DNA of 19,867 nucleotides from an uncultured Gammaproteobacteria bacterium (GTDB lineage Bacteria; Pseudomonadota; Gammaproteobacteria; JACCXJ01). Within the stretch, counting starts at the first letter, position 1, and each line of letters opens with the position of its first letter. Shown in pieces: positions 1 through 12,621 of the stretch. The position numbers and the translations under genes were made by a program. The DNA lies in contig CAVXTM010000014.1 in NCBI GenBank assembly GCA_963764725.1, forward strand, positions 1 through 19,867, read 5' to 3'. A model generated the notes under the pieces. It did not search any database. It was given only the letters and a program-made list of their open reading frames with translations, and had not been told where the DNA came from.

Positions 1-17
1 CCCTAGGAGAAAGGTGA

Positions 18-140
18 ATGAGAAAACCAACCGTATTTATCTGTAGTTCGACAGAGGGGTTGCCGATCGCCAACGAGTTCGCGGTGCAGTTGAAGCCGTC
101 CGCAAGCATCCGTTCCGCTCAACGATGCGGGCGCTCGTAG
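18..140 (+). pseudogene. Truncated N-terminus of a TIR-like (Cap12/Pycsar-type) domain protein, 40 aa
   Basis: Not in the ORF track. Hand translation gives MRKPTVFICSSTEGLPIANEFAVQLKPSASIRSAQRCGRS*, with a purine-rich RBS (AGGAGAAAGGTG) upstream. KPTVFIxSSxEGLxIA resembles the first strand/helix of bacterial TIR domains; the similarity fades after ~25 aa. Confidence 0.5.
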
Positions 141-183
141 TCACCGCGCGGGCGGGCGCTGTCTAACCATACAATTCCTCCCC

Positions 184-2346
184 ATGCCTCAGCAGTTCGA
201 CGATGTCGGTGATTGTGTCGACGCCGCGCTCCGGCGTGTCGGCAAGCGCATCGTGCTGGCACTCCCGCTCGCACTCGGCAACCCCGTGCCGCTGGCAAAT
301 GAGTTCTACCGGCGCGCGTTCCGCGATCGGTCGATTACGCTTAAAATTTTCACCGGCTTGAGCCTGCGCAAGCCGCAAGCGTCGGGCGAGCTCGAACGCC
401 GCTTCCTCGATCCGTTCGTCGCACGGGTCTTCGGCAACTACCCGGAGCTCGACTACGTCGCGGCCGTGCGCGCGGGCCAGGTGCCGCCCAACATCGAAGT
501 CATCGAGTTCTTCCTCGAGCCGGGCGCCTATTTGCGTAATGCTTACGCGCAACAGCATTACCTCAGCGCAAACTACACGCATATCGTCCGCGAGCTGCTC
601 GCGCACGGCGTGAACGTCGTGGCGCAGATGATCGCAACGCGGGTGAGCGAGGGGCGCATGGAATACAGTCTGAGCTGTAACCCGGACGTGACCGTCGATC
701 TGCTACCGGAGCTCGACGCCGCCCGCCGCGGCGGGCGCGAGATCGTCACCATCGGCGTGGTGAATCGCCAACTGCCCTTCATGTTCGGCGGTGCCGAGAT
801 CGCGGAGAGCGCTCTGGATTTCGTCGTCGAACATTCGCGTTATGACTACGATCTGTACTGCCCCCCGAACCTCGCCATCGGCACGGTGGATTATTTGATC
901 GGGCTCTACGCCAGCGCCCTGGTGAAGGACGCGGGCACGCTCCAGATCGGCATCGGTGAGCTCGGGGATGCGATCGTCTATTGCCTGCAGATGCGGCATC
1001 AGCACAACGCTACCTGGCGAAGCGTCCTCGACGACTGTCGCGTGCGCGAACGCTTCGGTCCGCAGATCGAGCAGATCGGCGACACGGAGCGGTTCGAGCG
1101 CGGCCTCTACGGCTGCACCGAGATGTTCGTCGACGGCTTTCTGGATCTCTATCGATCCGGAATCCTCAAGCGGCGCGTGTATAGCCACGCGCTTGTCCAA
1201 CGGCTGCTCAACGAAGGCAAGATCACGGAACGCCTCGACTCTCGAACCCTCGCACGGCTACTCGAGGCGGGACTGCCGCCGCTCATCAATGAAGCCGCAT
1301 TCGCATCCTTGCAGCAGGTGGGTATCATTGCGGCCGAGTGCGGTTACGAGAGCGGCCGTATCCGCACTCCACAGGGCGAATGGCTGCCGGCGGACCTCTC
1401 GGACGCGGTGACGCGGGAACGGCTTGCGCACGAGTGTCTCGGCACGCATCTGCGCGAAGGCGTGCTGCTCCACGCTGGCTTTTTCCTGGGACCCAAAGGC
1501 TTCTATGCGGCGCTGCGTGACCTACCCGAAGCCGAGCGGCGGCTTTTCGACATGACCGGCGTGGGCTTCATCAACCAGCTCTACGGTAAGGACGCGGCGC
1601 GGCGCATCGCGCAGCGCCAGCATGCGCGCTTCATCAACACTGCGATGATGATCACGCTCACCGGCGCGGCGGTTTCGGACACCTTGGACGATGGGCAAGT
1701 CGTGAGCGGCGTCGGCGGACAGTACAACTTCGTGTCGATGGCACATGCGTTGCCGGGCGCGCACTCGGTGTTGGCGGTGCGCAGTGTGCGCACCAAGGCC
1801 GGCCGCACGACCTCCAACCTCGTGTTCAGTTCCGGCCACCCCACTATCCCGCGACACCTGCGTGATGTGGTGATCACCGAGTACGGCATTGCGCAACTGC
1901 GCGGCAAGACGGACAGCGAGGTCATCGCAGCGCTGCTCAACATCGCCGATGCGCGCTTTCAGGACAAGCTGTTGCGTCAGGCACAGGTTGCCGGCAAACT
2001 CCCGCGCGACTACCGGATCCCTGAAGCTCACCGCAACAACACGCCCGAAGCGCTGGAGAGGGCGCTCGCGGGACATCGCCGCGCGGGATTGTTCTCGGCG
2101 TTTCCGTTTGGCAGCGACTACACCGCCGAGGAATTGGTGCTGGCCCAGGCGTTGAAGCGGCTGCGCGAGCGGATGGATACGGCGGCCGGCAAGGCCGCGG
2201 CCGTGGCGGCGGCGCTCCTGCGGCCGGGGATTTCGGCGCCCATGCGGCCGTATCTGCAGCGCATGCGGCTCGACCGGCCGCAGAACATGCGCGAAAGGCT
2301 GTTGCAGAGACTGGTGGCGAGCGAGCTTCGGGGGCTTCTGGGATGA
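184..2346 (+). CDS. Acetyl-CoA hydrolase/transferase family protein (long ~720 aa form)
   Basis: 720 aa uninterrupted ORF with GC-rich codons. Motifs LQIGIG, SGVGGQYNFV and VVITEYGIAQLRGK are typical of the acetyl-CoA hydrolase/transferase family. Confidence 0.9.
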   Translation: MPQQFDDVGDCVDAALRRVGKRIVLALPLALGNPVPLANEFYRRAFRDRSITLKIFTGLSLRKPQASGELERRFLDPFVARVFGNYPELDYVAAVRAGQVPPNIEVIEFFLEPGAYLRNAYAQQHYLSANYTHIVRELLAHGVNVVAQMIATRVSEGRMEYSLSCNPDVTVDLLPELDAARRGGREIVTIGVVNRQLPFMFGGAEIAESALDFVVEHSRYDYDLYCPPNLAIGTVDYLIGLYASALVKDAGTLQIGIGELGDAIVYCLQMRHQHNATWRSVLDDCRVRERFGPQIEQIGDTERFERGLYGCTEMFVDGFLDLYRSGILKRRVYSHALVQRLLNEGKITERLDSRTLARLLEAGLPPLINEAAFASLQQVGIIAAECGYESGRIRTPQGEWLPADLSDAVTRERLAHECLGTHLREGVLLHAGFFLGPKGFYAALRDLPEAERRLFDMTGVGFINQLYGKDAARRIAQRQHARFINTAMMITLTGAAVSDTLDDGQVVSGVGGQYNFVSMAHALPGAHSVLAVRSVRTKAGRTTSNLVFSSGHPTIPRHLRDVVITEYGIAQLRGKTDSEVIAALLNIADARFQDKLLRQAQVAGKLPRDYRIPEAHRNNTPEALERALAGHRRAGLFSAFPFGSDYTAEELVLAQALKRLRERMDTAAGKAAAVAAALLRPGISAPMRPYLQRMRLDRPQNMRERLLQRLVASELRGLLG

Positions 2347-3643
2347 GAGCTTGTAAAAAATCTGCTGCGCTCGGGATCTCGCGTTCCGGGTAGTGTCCTA
2401 ATTTGGGCTATAGCATAACTTGACTAATAAAGGAGTTGTGTGCCCTTATGTTATCGGAGGTTGAGAGCAAGGTTACCTTGCGGCTACGCCGGTCGCTCGG
2501 TTCTCAGTCTACTGCTGACTATGAGGAGTGGGCACGTATGGCTTGGACAAAGCCGCAGTATAAGCGCGGTGATGTAGACAGAGCAGGCGATTTTCTTGTT
2601 AATGAACCGTCAATAGCGTCTGGTTTTGCCGAACGCGATGACACAGAAGGTTACATTGAACAAGCGGATCGGGCATACACCATAATCAATAATTGGCGTT
2701 CATCGCATAGCTATCCTCTTCAAGCTATTAAGATGACTTTGCTCATAAGAGCGAAGCGGGTGGATAGTCAAGCTATCATGGCCCAGCGCATCAAGCGCCT
2801 CTCCTCCATTGAGGCAAAACTAAGTCGCAACGAGAACATGAAGCTATCGCAAATGCAGGATTTGGGCGGATGCCGCGCTGTCCTTATCACTTCCCGCCGC
2901 GTTAGCGAGTTAGTCGATATTTACGAAAAAGCCGCAGCAAAGAATCCGCGTGATCGATCAGAGTTTGTTAAGAAATACGACTATATCAAAAACCCTAAAA
3001 CTGACGGTTATCGCAGTGTGCATTTCGTTTATAAGTACAGGACAAATGCCGCAGGCCTGGAGATCTATAACGGACTAAGAATCGAAATCCAGTTGCGTTC
3101 GCGGCTTCAACATGCGTGGGCCACCGCTGTCGAGACGGTATCAACTTTCACGGGCCAAGCATTGAAATCAAATATCGGTGATGAAGCGTGGAAGCGGTTC
3201 TTTGCTCTAATGGGAAGTGCTGTTGCACGTAGAGAAGGAACTCCAACAATTCCCAATACGCCTAAGAACATGAGTGAGCTGAAGGAGGAATTAAGAGAAT
3301 GTGCCCGTCAGCTTGACGTTCAAAACCGATTGAGGATTTATGGTGACGCACTCCAAGGAGTACCAGGCAGGGCGGCTTTCCCAGACGCGAAGTATTTTTT
3401 GCTTGAACTTGACTTAACCGGAAAACGGATTCTCGTAAGAGGCTATAGTGAAGAGCTATTAGAAAAGGCAACGACCGATTATCTGGCGGTAGAAAAGTTA
3501 GAAAAATCAGGCACGGTTACTGACGCCGTATTGGTGTCCGTTGACTCGATGGCTAATCTTCGACGGGCTTATCCAAACTATTTCTTGGACACCCGCGTTT
3601 TTGTTGACGCTGTTAATAAGGCAATTGCGTAATTCACAAGCTC
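2347..3643. mobile_element. Putative non-autonomous IR-bounded cassette carrying the CapRel-like gene
   Basis: GAGCTTGT (2347-2354) and ACAAGCTC (3636-3643) are exact 8-bp inverted repeats. TGA flanks both ends directly (2344-2346, which is the upstream stop codon, and 3644-3646). The interior is visibly more AT-rich than both flanking genes, and there is no transposase inside. Confidence 0.55.
2538..3632 (+). CDS. RelA/SpoT-domain small alarmone synthetase, CapRel-like fused toxin-antitoxin
   Basis: Start chosen at ATG 2538 behind GAGGAG (MAWTKPQY...). SYNTH motifs QRIKRLSSI, MQDLGGCR, DYIKNPKTDGYRSVH and EIQLRSRLQHAWATAVE are present. The C-terminal extension ends in VLVSVDSMANLRRAYPNYF (YXXY motif). 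Confidence 0.88.
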   Translation: MAWTKPQYKRGDVDRAGDFLVNEPSIASGFAERDDTEGYIEQADRAYTIINNWRSSHSYPLQAIKMTLLIRAKRVDSQAIMAQRIKRLSSIEAKLSRNENMKLSQMQDLGGCRAVLITSRRVSELVDIYEKAAAKNPRDRSEFVKKYDYIKNPKTDGYRSVHFVYKYRTNAAGLEIYNGLRIEIQLRSRLQHAWATAVETVSTFTGQALKSNIGDEAWKRFFALMGSAVARREGTPTIPNTPKNMSELKEELRECARQLDVQNRLRIYGDALQGVPGRAAFPDAKYFLLELDLTGKRILVRGYSEELLEKATTDYLAVEKLEKSGTVTDAVLVSVDSMANLRRAYPNYFLDTRVFVDAVNKAIA

Positions 3644-3668
3644 TGAGGCCAGTGTCACATCCGCGTCA

Positions 3669-9240
<5,572 letters not shown>

Positions 9241-9309
9241 GAGAAGTGGCGGAAAGCTAAGGAAGCCGCGAGTATAACGGGCAACGCAGAGCGGAGCACC
9301 GGTGAACGA

Positions 9310-9632
9310 TACGTCGTGCTCGCGCCCAACCGCTGGAAGCTCGGGAAAGCGGTGCGGGTCGTGAACCAGACGCTGAACGGATTAGGGTTGGAACAACATC
9401 CCGAAAAAACGTTTATCGGTAGGATAGAACAAGGCTTTGATTTTTTGGGCTATCACCTTCGTCCAGACAGGCTTGCCGCGGCCAAGACGGTTGAGCGTTT
9501 TCGTTGAACGTGCGAGCCCGCTTTATGAGCGCAAGCCGGGGGAACTTTCGACTCCTCCCGGCTTGGACGGTATGTGCAACGGTGGCTCAGGTAGGCCCGA
9601 GCTGGGTTTCGGAGGGAGTGATAGAAGTGTGA
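9310..9632 (+). pseudogene. 3' remnant of a group II intron-like reverse transcriptase (copy A)
   Basis: Translates VVLAPNRWKLGKAVRVVNQTLNGLGLEQHPEKTFIGRIEQGFDFLGYHL (RT6/RT7 region: HPxKT, GFDFLGY), followed by frameshifted C-terminal sequence. No YxDD motif and no N-terminus. Confidence 0.8.
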
Positions 9633-9730
9633 CCCCATTGCCACAACTATCTCATTGTGGGCGGTGGCTGCCTTGGCACACCTCCATTATTAATCTATCA
9701 AATACCGTTGATTTCTATCCATTGCACTTA

Positions 9731-10030
9731 CTAACAATGGCCACACGGCCAATTGTTATCGATGTTAAATGCTTTGTTGTATATTGCTCTATGCATAGCC
9801 ATTTCTATGGCGTGCGCCATTGTTGGTGATATATAAATTCCCCCTCTGGTCTTATCCAGCTGGATTTCTGTTAATCTCATTTTTATGTTTGAGTCATTAT
9901 TTCGGTCCTGCACCGTTTGGTAACGATGTCTGGTAGAAGTGCTTGATTCATTCGCAGCCACCACTGGTGTTAGGCCTGTGAGGGCGACCATCAGGCTAAA
10001 GGTTGCAATGATATATTGAAGCTGTTTCAT
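9731..10030 (-). CDS. Secreted double-glycine peptide precursor 1 (99 aa)
   Basis: ATG 10030 behind AAGGAGAGAGAA. Signal MKQLQYIIATFSLMVALTGLTPVVAA; pro-region ends LTEIQLDKTRGG; 35-aa core IYISPTMAHAIEMAMHRAIYNKAFNIDNNWPCGHC. Confidence 0.85.
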   Translation of the reverse strand: MKQLQYIIATFSLMVALTGLTPVVAANESSTSTRHRYQTVQDRNNDSNIKMRLTEIQLDKTRGGIYISPTMAHAIEMAMHRAIYNKAFNIDNNWPCGHC

Positions 10031-10266
10031 TTCTCTCTCCTTCAATAATGAACTAACAAACATCGGTACACGATGGTCCCTGCCGGTTCTCTCGCCTCTA
10101 CCACCCAATAAGGAATATTATTTTATATAGAGGCGCTGCCCGGGTCCCAGCTTGCAACGCGAATATAGAGGGTGACCGCAATTTGGTCTGTGAAATATTT
10201 CACGGAAAAAGTGTGAAATATTCACAAAATCTATTGTGGAACACTTCTAATAGAGGGACCATTGAG
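10031..10266 (-). repeat. Conserved upstream module, copy 1 (RBS, 5' leader, promoter)
   Basis: Aligns with 10793-11046, 11863-12095 and 12898-13110. Contains the invariant 32-mer ACGATGGTCCCTGCCGGTTCTCTCGCCTCTAC (10070-10101, + strand). Confidence 0.95.
10162..10226 (-). promoter_or_regulatory. Putative class II CRP/FNR-family-activated promoter for precursor 1
   Basis: TGTGA-AATATT-TCACG (10189-10204) plus TGTGA-N5-TCACA (10212-10226). TATATT -10 on the minus strand (10167-10162). The first site is centred 29.5 bp from the -12 base, i.e. about -41.5. Confidence 0.65.
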
Positions 10267-10276
10267 AAGGAAGCGA

Positions 10277-10474
10277 GTAGGGCGGAAGCCCGCTTTGTCG
10301 GCGTTCCGCCGCATGTGTCCACCTCTGCTCCCAGCCGTGCCATCGATAACGCCATCTCCATCCCGATCGGAAGGGTGGCATCTGTAGGGCCGATGTCCGC
10401 AGGGCGATCCGCCGCACGGGCCGCTTCGGCCGGCAGCCGTGCAGCGGATCGCCAAAAAGCGGCTTCCGCACTAC
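10277..10474. repeat. Cluster of GTAG-type REP-like palindromes (REPIN-like)
   Basis: GTAGGGCGGAAGCCCGCTTTGTCGGCGTTCCGCC at 10277, a degenerate GTAGGGCCGA...GATCCGCC at 10384, and an inverted copy ending at 10474 (minus strand GTAGTGCGGAAGCCGCTTTTTGGCGATCCGC). Confidence 0.65.
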
Positions 10475-10513
10475 CAAACGTAATCTAACGAGTTGTGACC
10501 TTAGGACTAACCA

Positions 10514-10792
10514 TTATTTCCATACAGCTGGCGTCCACTTACCGTCGCCAGGTTTACACAATTGACATCCACCACTACCCAGTATGTTTCGCTGGATAAC
10601 ACCCAGATTTAACATTCCCCCGTGAACCCTGTCCATTTCAATGGATGACAGAATGGATAGTTGAGGCTTTGCTGCGGCCGTTGTTTTAGGGGAATTCATT
10701 GACGTTCGGACTGCATCCGCGGCCACCACTGCTGACAGACCCGTGAGCGCCACTATCAGGCTAAGGGTTGTGATATATTTTCGGCGTTTCAT
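10514..10792 (-). CDS. Secreted double-glycine peptide precursor 2 (92 aa)
   Basis: ATG 10792 behind AAGGAGAGAAAT. Signal MKRRKYITTLSLIVALTGLSAVVAA; pro-region ends LSSIEMDRVHGG; 33-aa core MLNLGVIQRNILGSGGCQLCKPGDGKWTPAVWK. Confidence 0.85.
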   Translation of the reverse strand: MKRRKYITTLSLIVALTGLSAVVAADAVRTSMNSPKTTAAAKPQLSILSSIEMDRVHGGMLNLGVIQRNILGSGGCQLCKPGDGKWTPAVWK

Positions 10793-11046
10793 ATTTCTCT
10801 CCTTCAATATTGCATTAACATACATGGGTGTACGATGGTCCCTGCCGGTTCTCTCGCCTCTACCACCCAATAAGGAATATTATTTGATATAGAGGCGCTT
10901 CCCGGGTCCCATCTTGCAACGCGAATATAGAGGGGTGAGCGGAATTTGGTCTGTGAAATATTTCACAGAAAGAGTGTGAAATATTCACAAAATCTGTTGT
11001 GGAACACTGGGCCAATGGAACACTTTCAATGAGAGGGTCCATTGAG
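10793..11046 (-). repeat. Conserved upstream module, copy 2
   Basis: Invariant 32-mer at 10832-10863. Similarity to copy 3 continues ~90 bp further (to ~11135 vs ~12178). Confidence 0.95.
10924..10989 (-). promoter_or_regulatory. Putative class II CRP/FNR-family-activated promoter for precursor 2
   Basis: Perfect 20-bp palindrome TCTGTGAAATATTTCACAGA (core 10952-10967), second site TGTGA-N5-TCACA (10975-10989), and TATATT -10 at 10929-10924. The first site centres at about -42.5. Confidence 0.65.
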
Positions 11047-11189
11047 CGTGTTTAACTAAATCCAACCTTGCCCTGACTCATTGCGCAAAATGAGGGGGTT
11101 TCCTGAGGGTGGGCATTAGCCTCCTAATCTGTGGACCTCCTGTCGCTCCGACGCTGCGCGTTCCCCTGGAGCCCGCGGGAGGAGACCCC

Positions 11190-11432
11190 ACCAGACGCTG
11201 CACGGATTAGGGTTGGAAAAACAGCCCGAGAAAACGTTTGTCGGAAGGATAGAAAAAGGCTTTGAGTTTTTGGGCTATCACCTTCGTCCAGGCAGGCTTG
11301 CCGTGGCCAAAGACGGTTGAGCGTTTCATTACGTACGAGCGGGCTTTATGAGCGAAAGCCGGGGGAGACACTTTCGAGTCTCCCCGGCTTGGTAGGTACG
11401 TACAACGGTGGTTCAGGTGGGCCCGAGCTGGT
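11190..11432 (+). pseudogene. 3' remnant of a group II intron-like reverse transcriptase (copy B)
   Basis: Nucleotide-level homolog of 9365-9605, reading QTLHGLGLEKQPEKTFVGRIEKGFEFLGYHLRPG... Confidence 0.8.
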
Positions 11433-11583
11433 TATGGTTGCGTGCGCTTGGAGAACGGGGCCAGCCTGGTTTTCGCCTCGCTGAGCGTGAGGTCAAGCTT
11501 CGCCAAACCGTCGCCGAGTATTGACGTGGCCAATTTCTTCAACTCGATCCCTCACAGGTTATGATGATGTGTCCGGTGACCCC

Positions 11584-11862
11584 TCATAGCCCCGCACATG
11601 CTATGTGTCTGCAGGTTACTCCGCGGCCATCGGAACCGTAGGGCGGGGGTGAGGGTTGTTTGTCCTCATTTATCATACCACCATATAATTTGTCCATTTG
11701 CTCGGGCGACAGTCTATGCCCTGGGCTACTCTCGAACTGCCGCGTGTCTGGTTGGATTCGCTCACCACGTGATGTTCTTTCTGCATCCGCCACTACCACG
11801 GGCGACAGACCAATGAGCCCCATTATCATGGTCAAGGCTGTGATATATTGTCGCTGTTTCAT
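11584..11862 (-). CDS. Secreted double-glycine peptide precursor 3 (92 aa)
   Basis: ATG 11862 behind AAGGAGAGAGAA. Signal MKQRQYITALTMIMGLIGLSPVVVA; pro-region ends LSPEQMDKLYGG; 30-aa core MINEDKQPSPPPYGSDGRGVTCRHIACAGL. Confidence 0.85.
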   Translation of the reverse strand: MKQRQYITALTMIMGLIGLSPVVVADAERTSRGERIQPDTRQFESSPGHRLSPEQMDKLYGGMINEDKQPSPPPYGSDGRGVTCRHIACAGL

Positions 11863-12095
11863 TTCTCTCTCCTTCAATAATGAATTAACAAACATGGGTA
11901 CACGATGGTCCCTGCCGGTTCTCTCGCCTCTACTACCCAGTAAGGAATATTTGATATAGGCGCTGGGCCCCGGGTCCCATCTTGCAACGCGAATATAGAG
12001 GGGTGAAAGGATTTGATCTGTGAAATATTTCACGGGAAAAGTGTGAAATATTCACAAGAGCTGTTGTGGAACTCTCTAATAGAGGCACCATTGAG
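11863..12095 (-). repeat. Conserved upstream module, copy 3
   Basis: Invariant 32-mer at 11902-11933; same block order as the other copies. Confidence 0.95.
11992..12056 (-). promoter_or_regulatory. Putative class II CRP/FNR-family-activated promoter for precursor 3
   Basis: TGTGA-AATATT-TCACG (12019-12034), TGTGA-N5-TCACA (12042-12056), and TATATT -10 at 11997-11992. The first site centres at about -41.5. Confidence 0.65.
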
Positions 12096-12203
12096 CGTGT
12101 TTAACTAGGTCCAACGTAGCCCTGACTCATTACGCAATAAGGGATTCCTGAGGTGGGCGCTAGTCTTCTAATCCCTGGATTGGCGGGGGACTTTGTGTCG
12201 TTT

Positions 12204-12391
12204 GTCCAGGCAGGCTTGCCGTGGCCCAAAAGACGGTTGAGCGTTCGTTGAACGTGCGAGCCGGCTTTATGAGCGGAAGCCGGGGGAGGCACTTTCGAGT
12301 CTCCCCGGCTTGGTAGGTACGTACAACGGTGGTTCAGGTGGGCCCGAGCTGGGTTTTCGGAGGGCGTGGTTGAGGTGGGACGCCCCATGCC
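12204..12391 (+). pseudogene. 3' remnant of a group II intron-like reverse transcriptase (copy C, shortest)
   Basis: Nucleotide homolog of 9461-9632 and of ~11286-11432 (GTCCAGGCAGGCTTGCC...GGCCCGAGCTGG). Confidence 0.75.
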
Positions 12392-12621
12392 TCATGACTC
12401 ACGATTCACCTATGTGGCCCATGCCGGTCGGCTCCTGTCGTTAGATCTCTCTGAGTTTCTCAGCTCCAGTTTCGGTGCCGCGCTCGAGATTGTGATCTTT
12501 TAGACCCTCGTGAAGGCCAACCCCGCCGAAGCTGAGGCGGTCAAGTCCCTCATCGGGTGACCTCAGCCCACTCCTAATGCGTGCAGCACGCGAGCGCCTT
12601 GACTATGTTGGTGGGGCTCAG

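Noticed and set aside
2436-2537. Longer TTG start for the RelA/SpoT protein
   Set aside because: ATG 2538 has a well-spaced GAGGAG and gives the N-terminus expected for the family; the upstream start is not fully excluded.
9241-9300. LexA/SOS box upstream of uvrA
   Set aside because: No CTGT-N8-ACAG is seen; only a possible TATACT -10 (9276-9271) without a convincing -35.
10080-10105. GUAGAGGCG resembling the start of a lysine riboswitch
   Set aside because: The remaining aptamer elements and the required length are absent.
10031-10108. N-terminal extensions MGGRGERTGRDHR... on precursors 1-3 in the ORF track
   Set aside because: They come from translating the conserved 5' leader from TTG/GTG codons. 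The strong AAGGAG RBS sits before the MK(Q/R) ATG, the extension would bury the signal peptide, and copy 4 does not keep that frame.
10141-10156. Plus-strand sigma-54-like GG-N10-GC (CGGGTCCCAGCTTGCA) in each module
   Set aside because: The -24 half is a poor match to TGGCAC and it points away from the precursor genes. The TATATT plus -41.5 palindrome model explains the conservation better.
10231-10455. Minus-strand ORF containing DRDGDGVID (calcium-binding-like motif)
   Set aside because: It overlaps the REP-like palindromes and has no RBS or further domain context.
11356-11390. Hairpin AAGCCG...GAAA...CGGCTT as group II intron domain V
   Set aside because: The GAAA-loop reading is antisense to the RT, lies within the RT coding remnant, and lacks the AC bulge and a domain VI.
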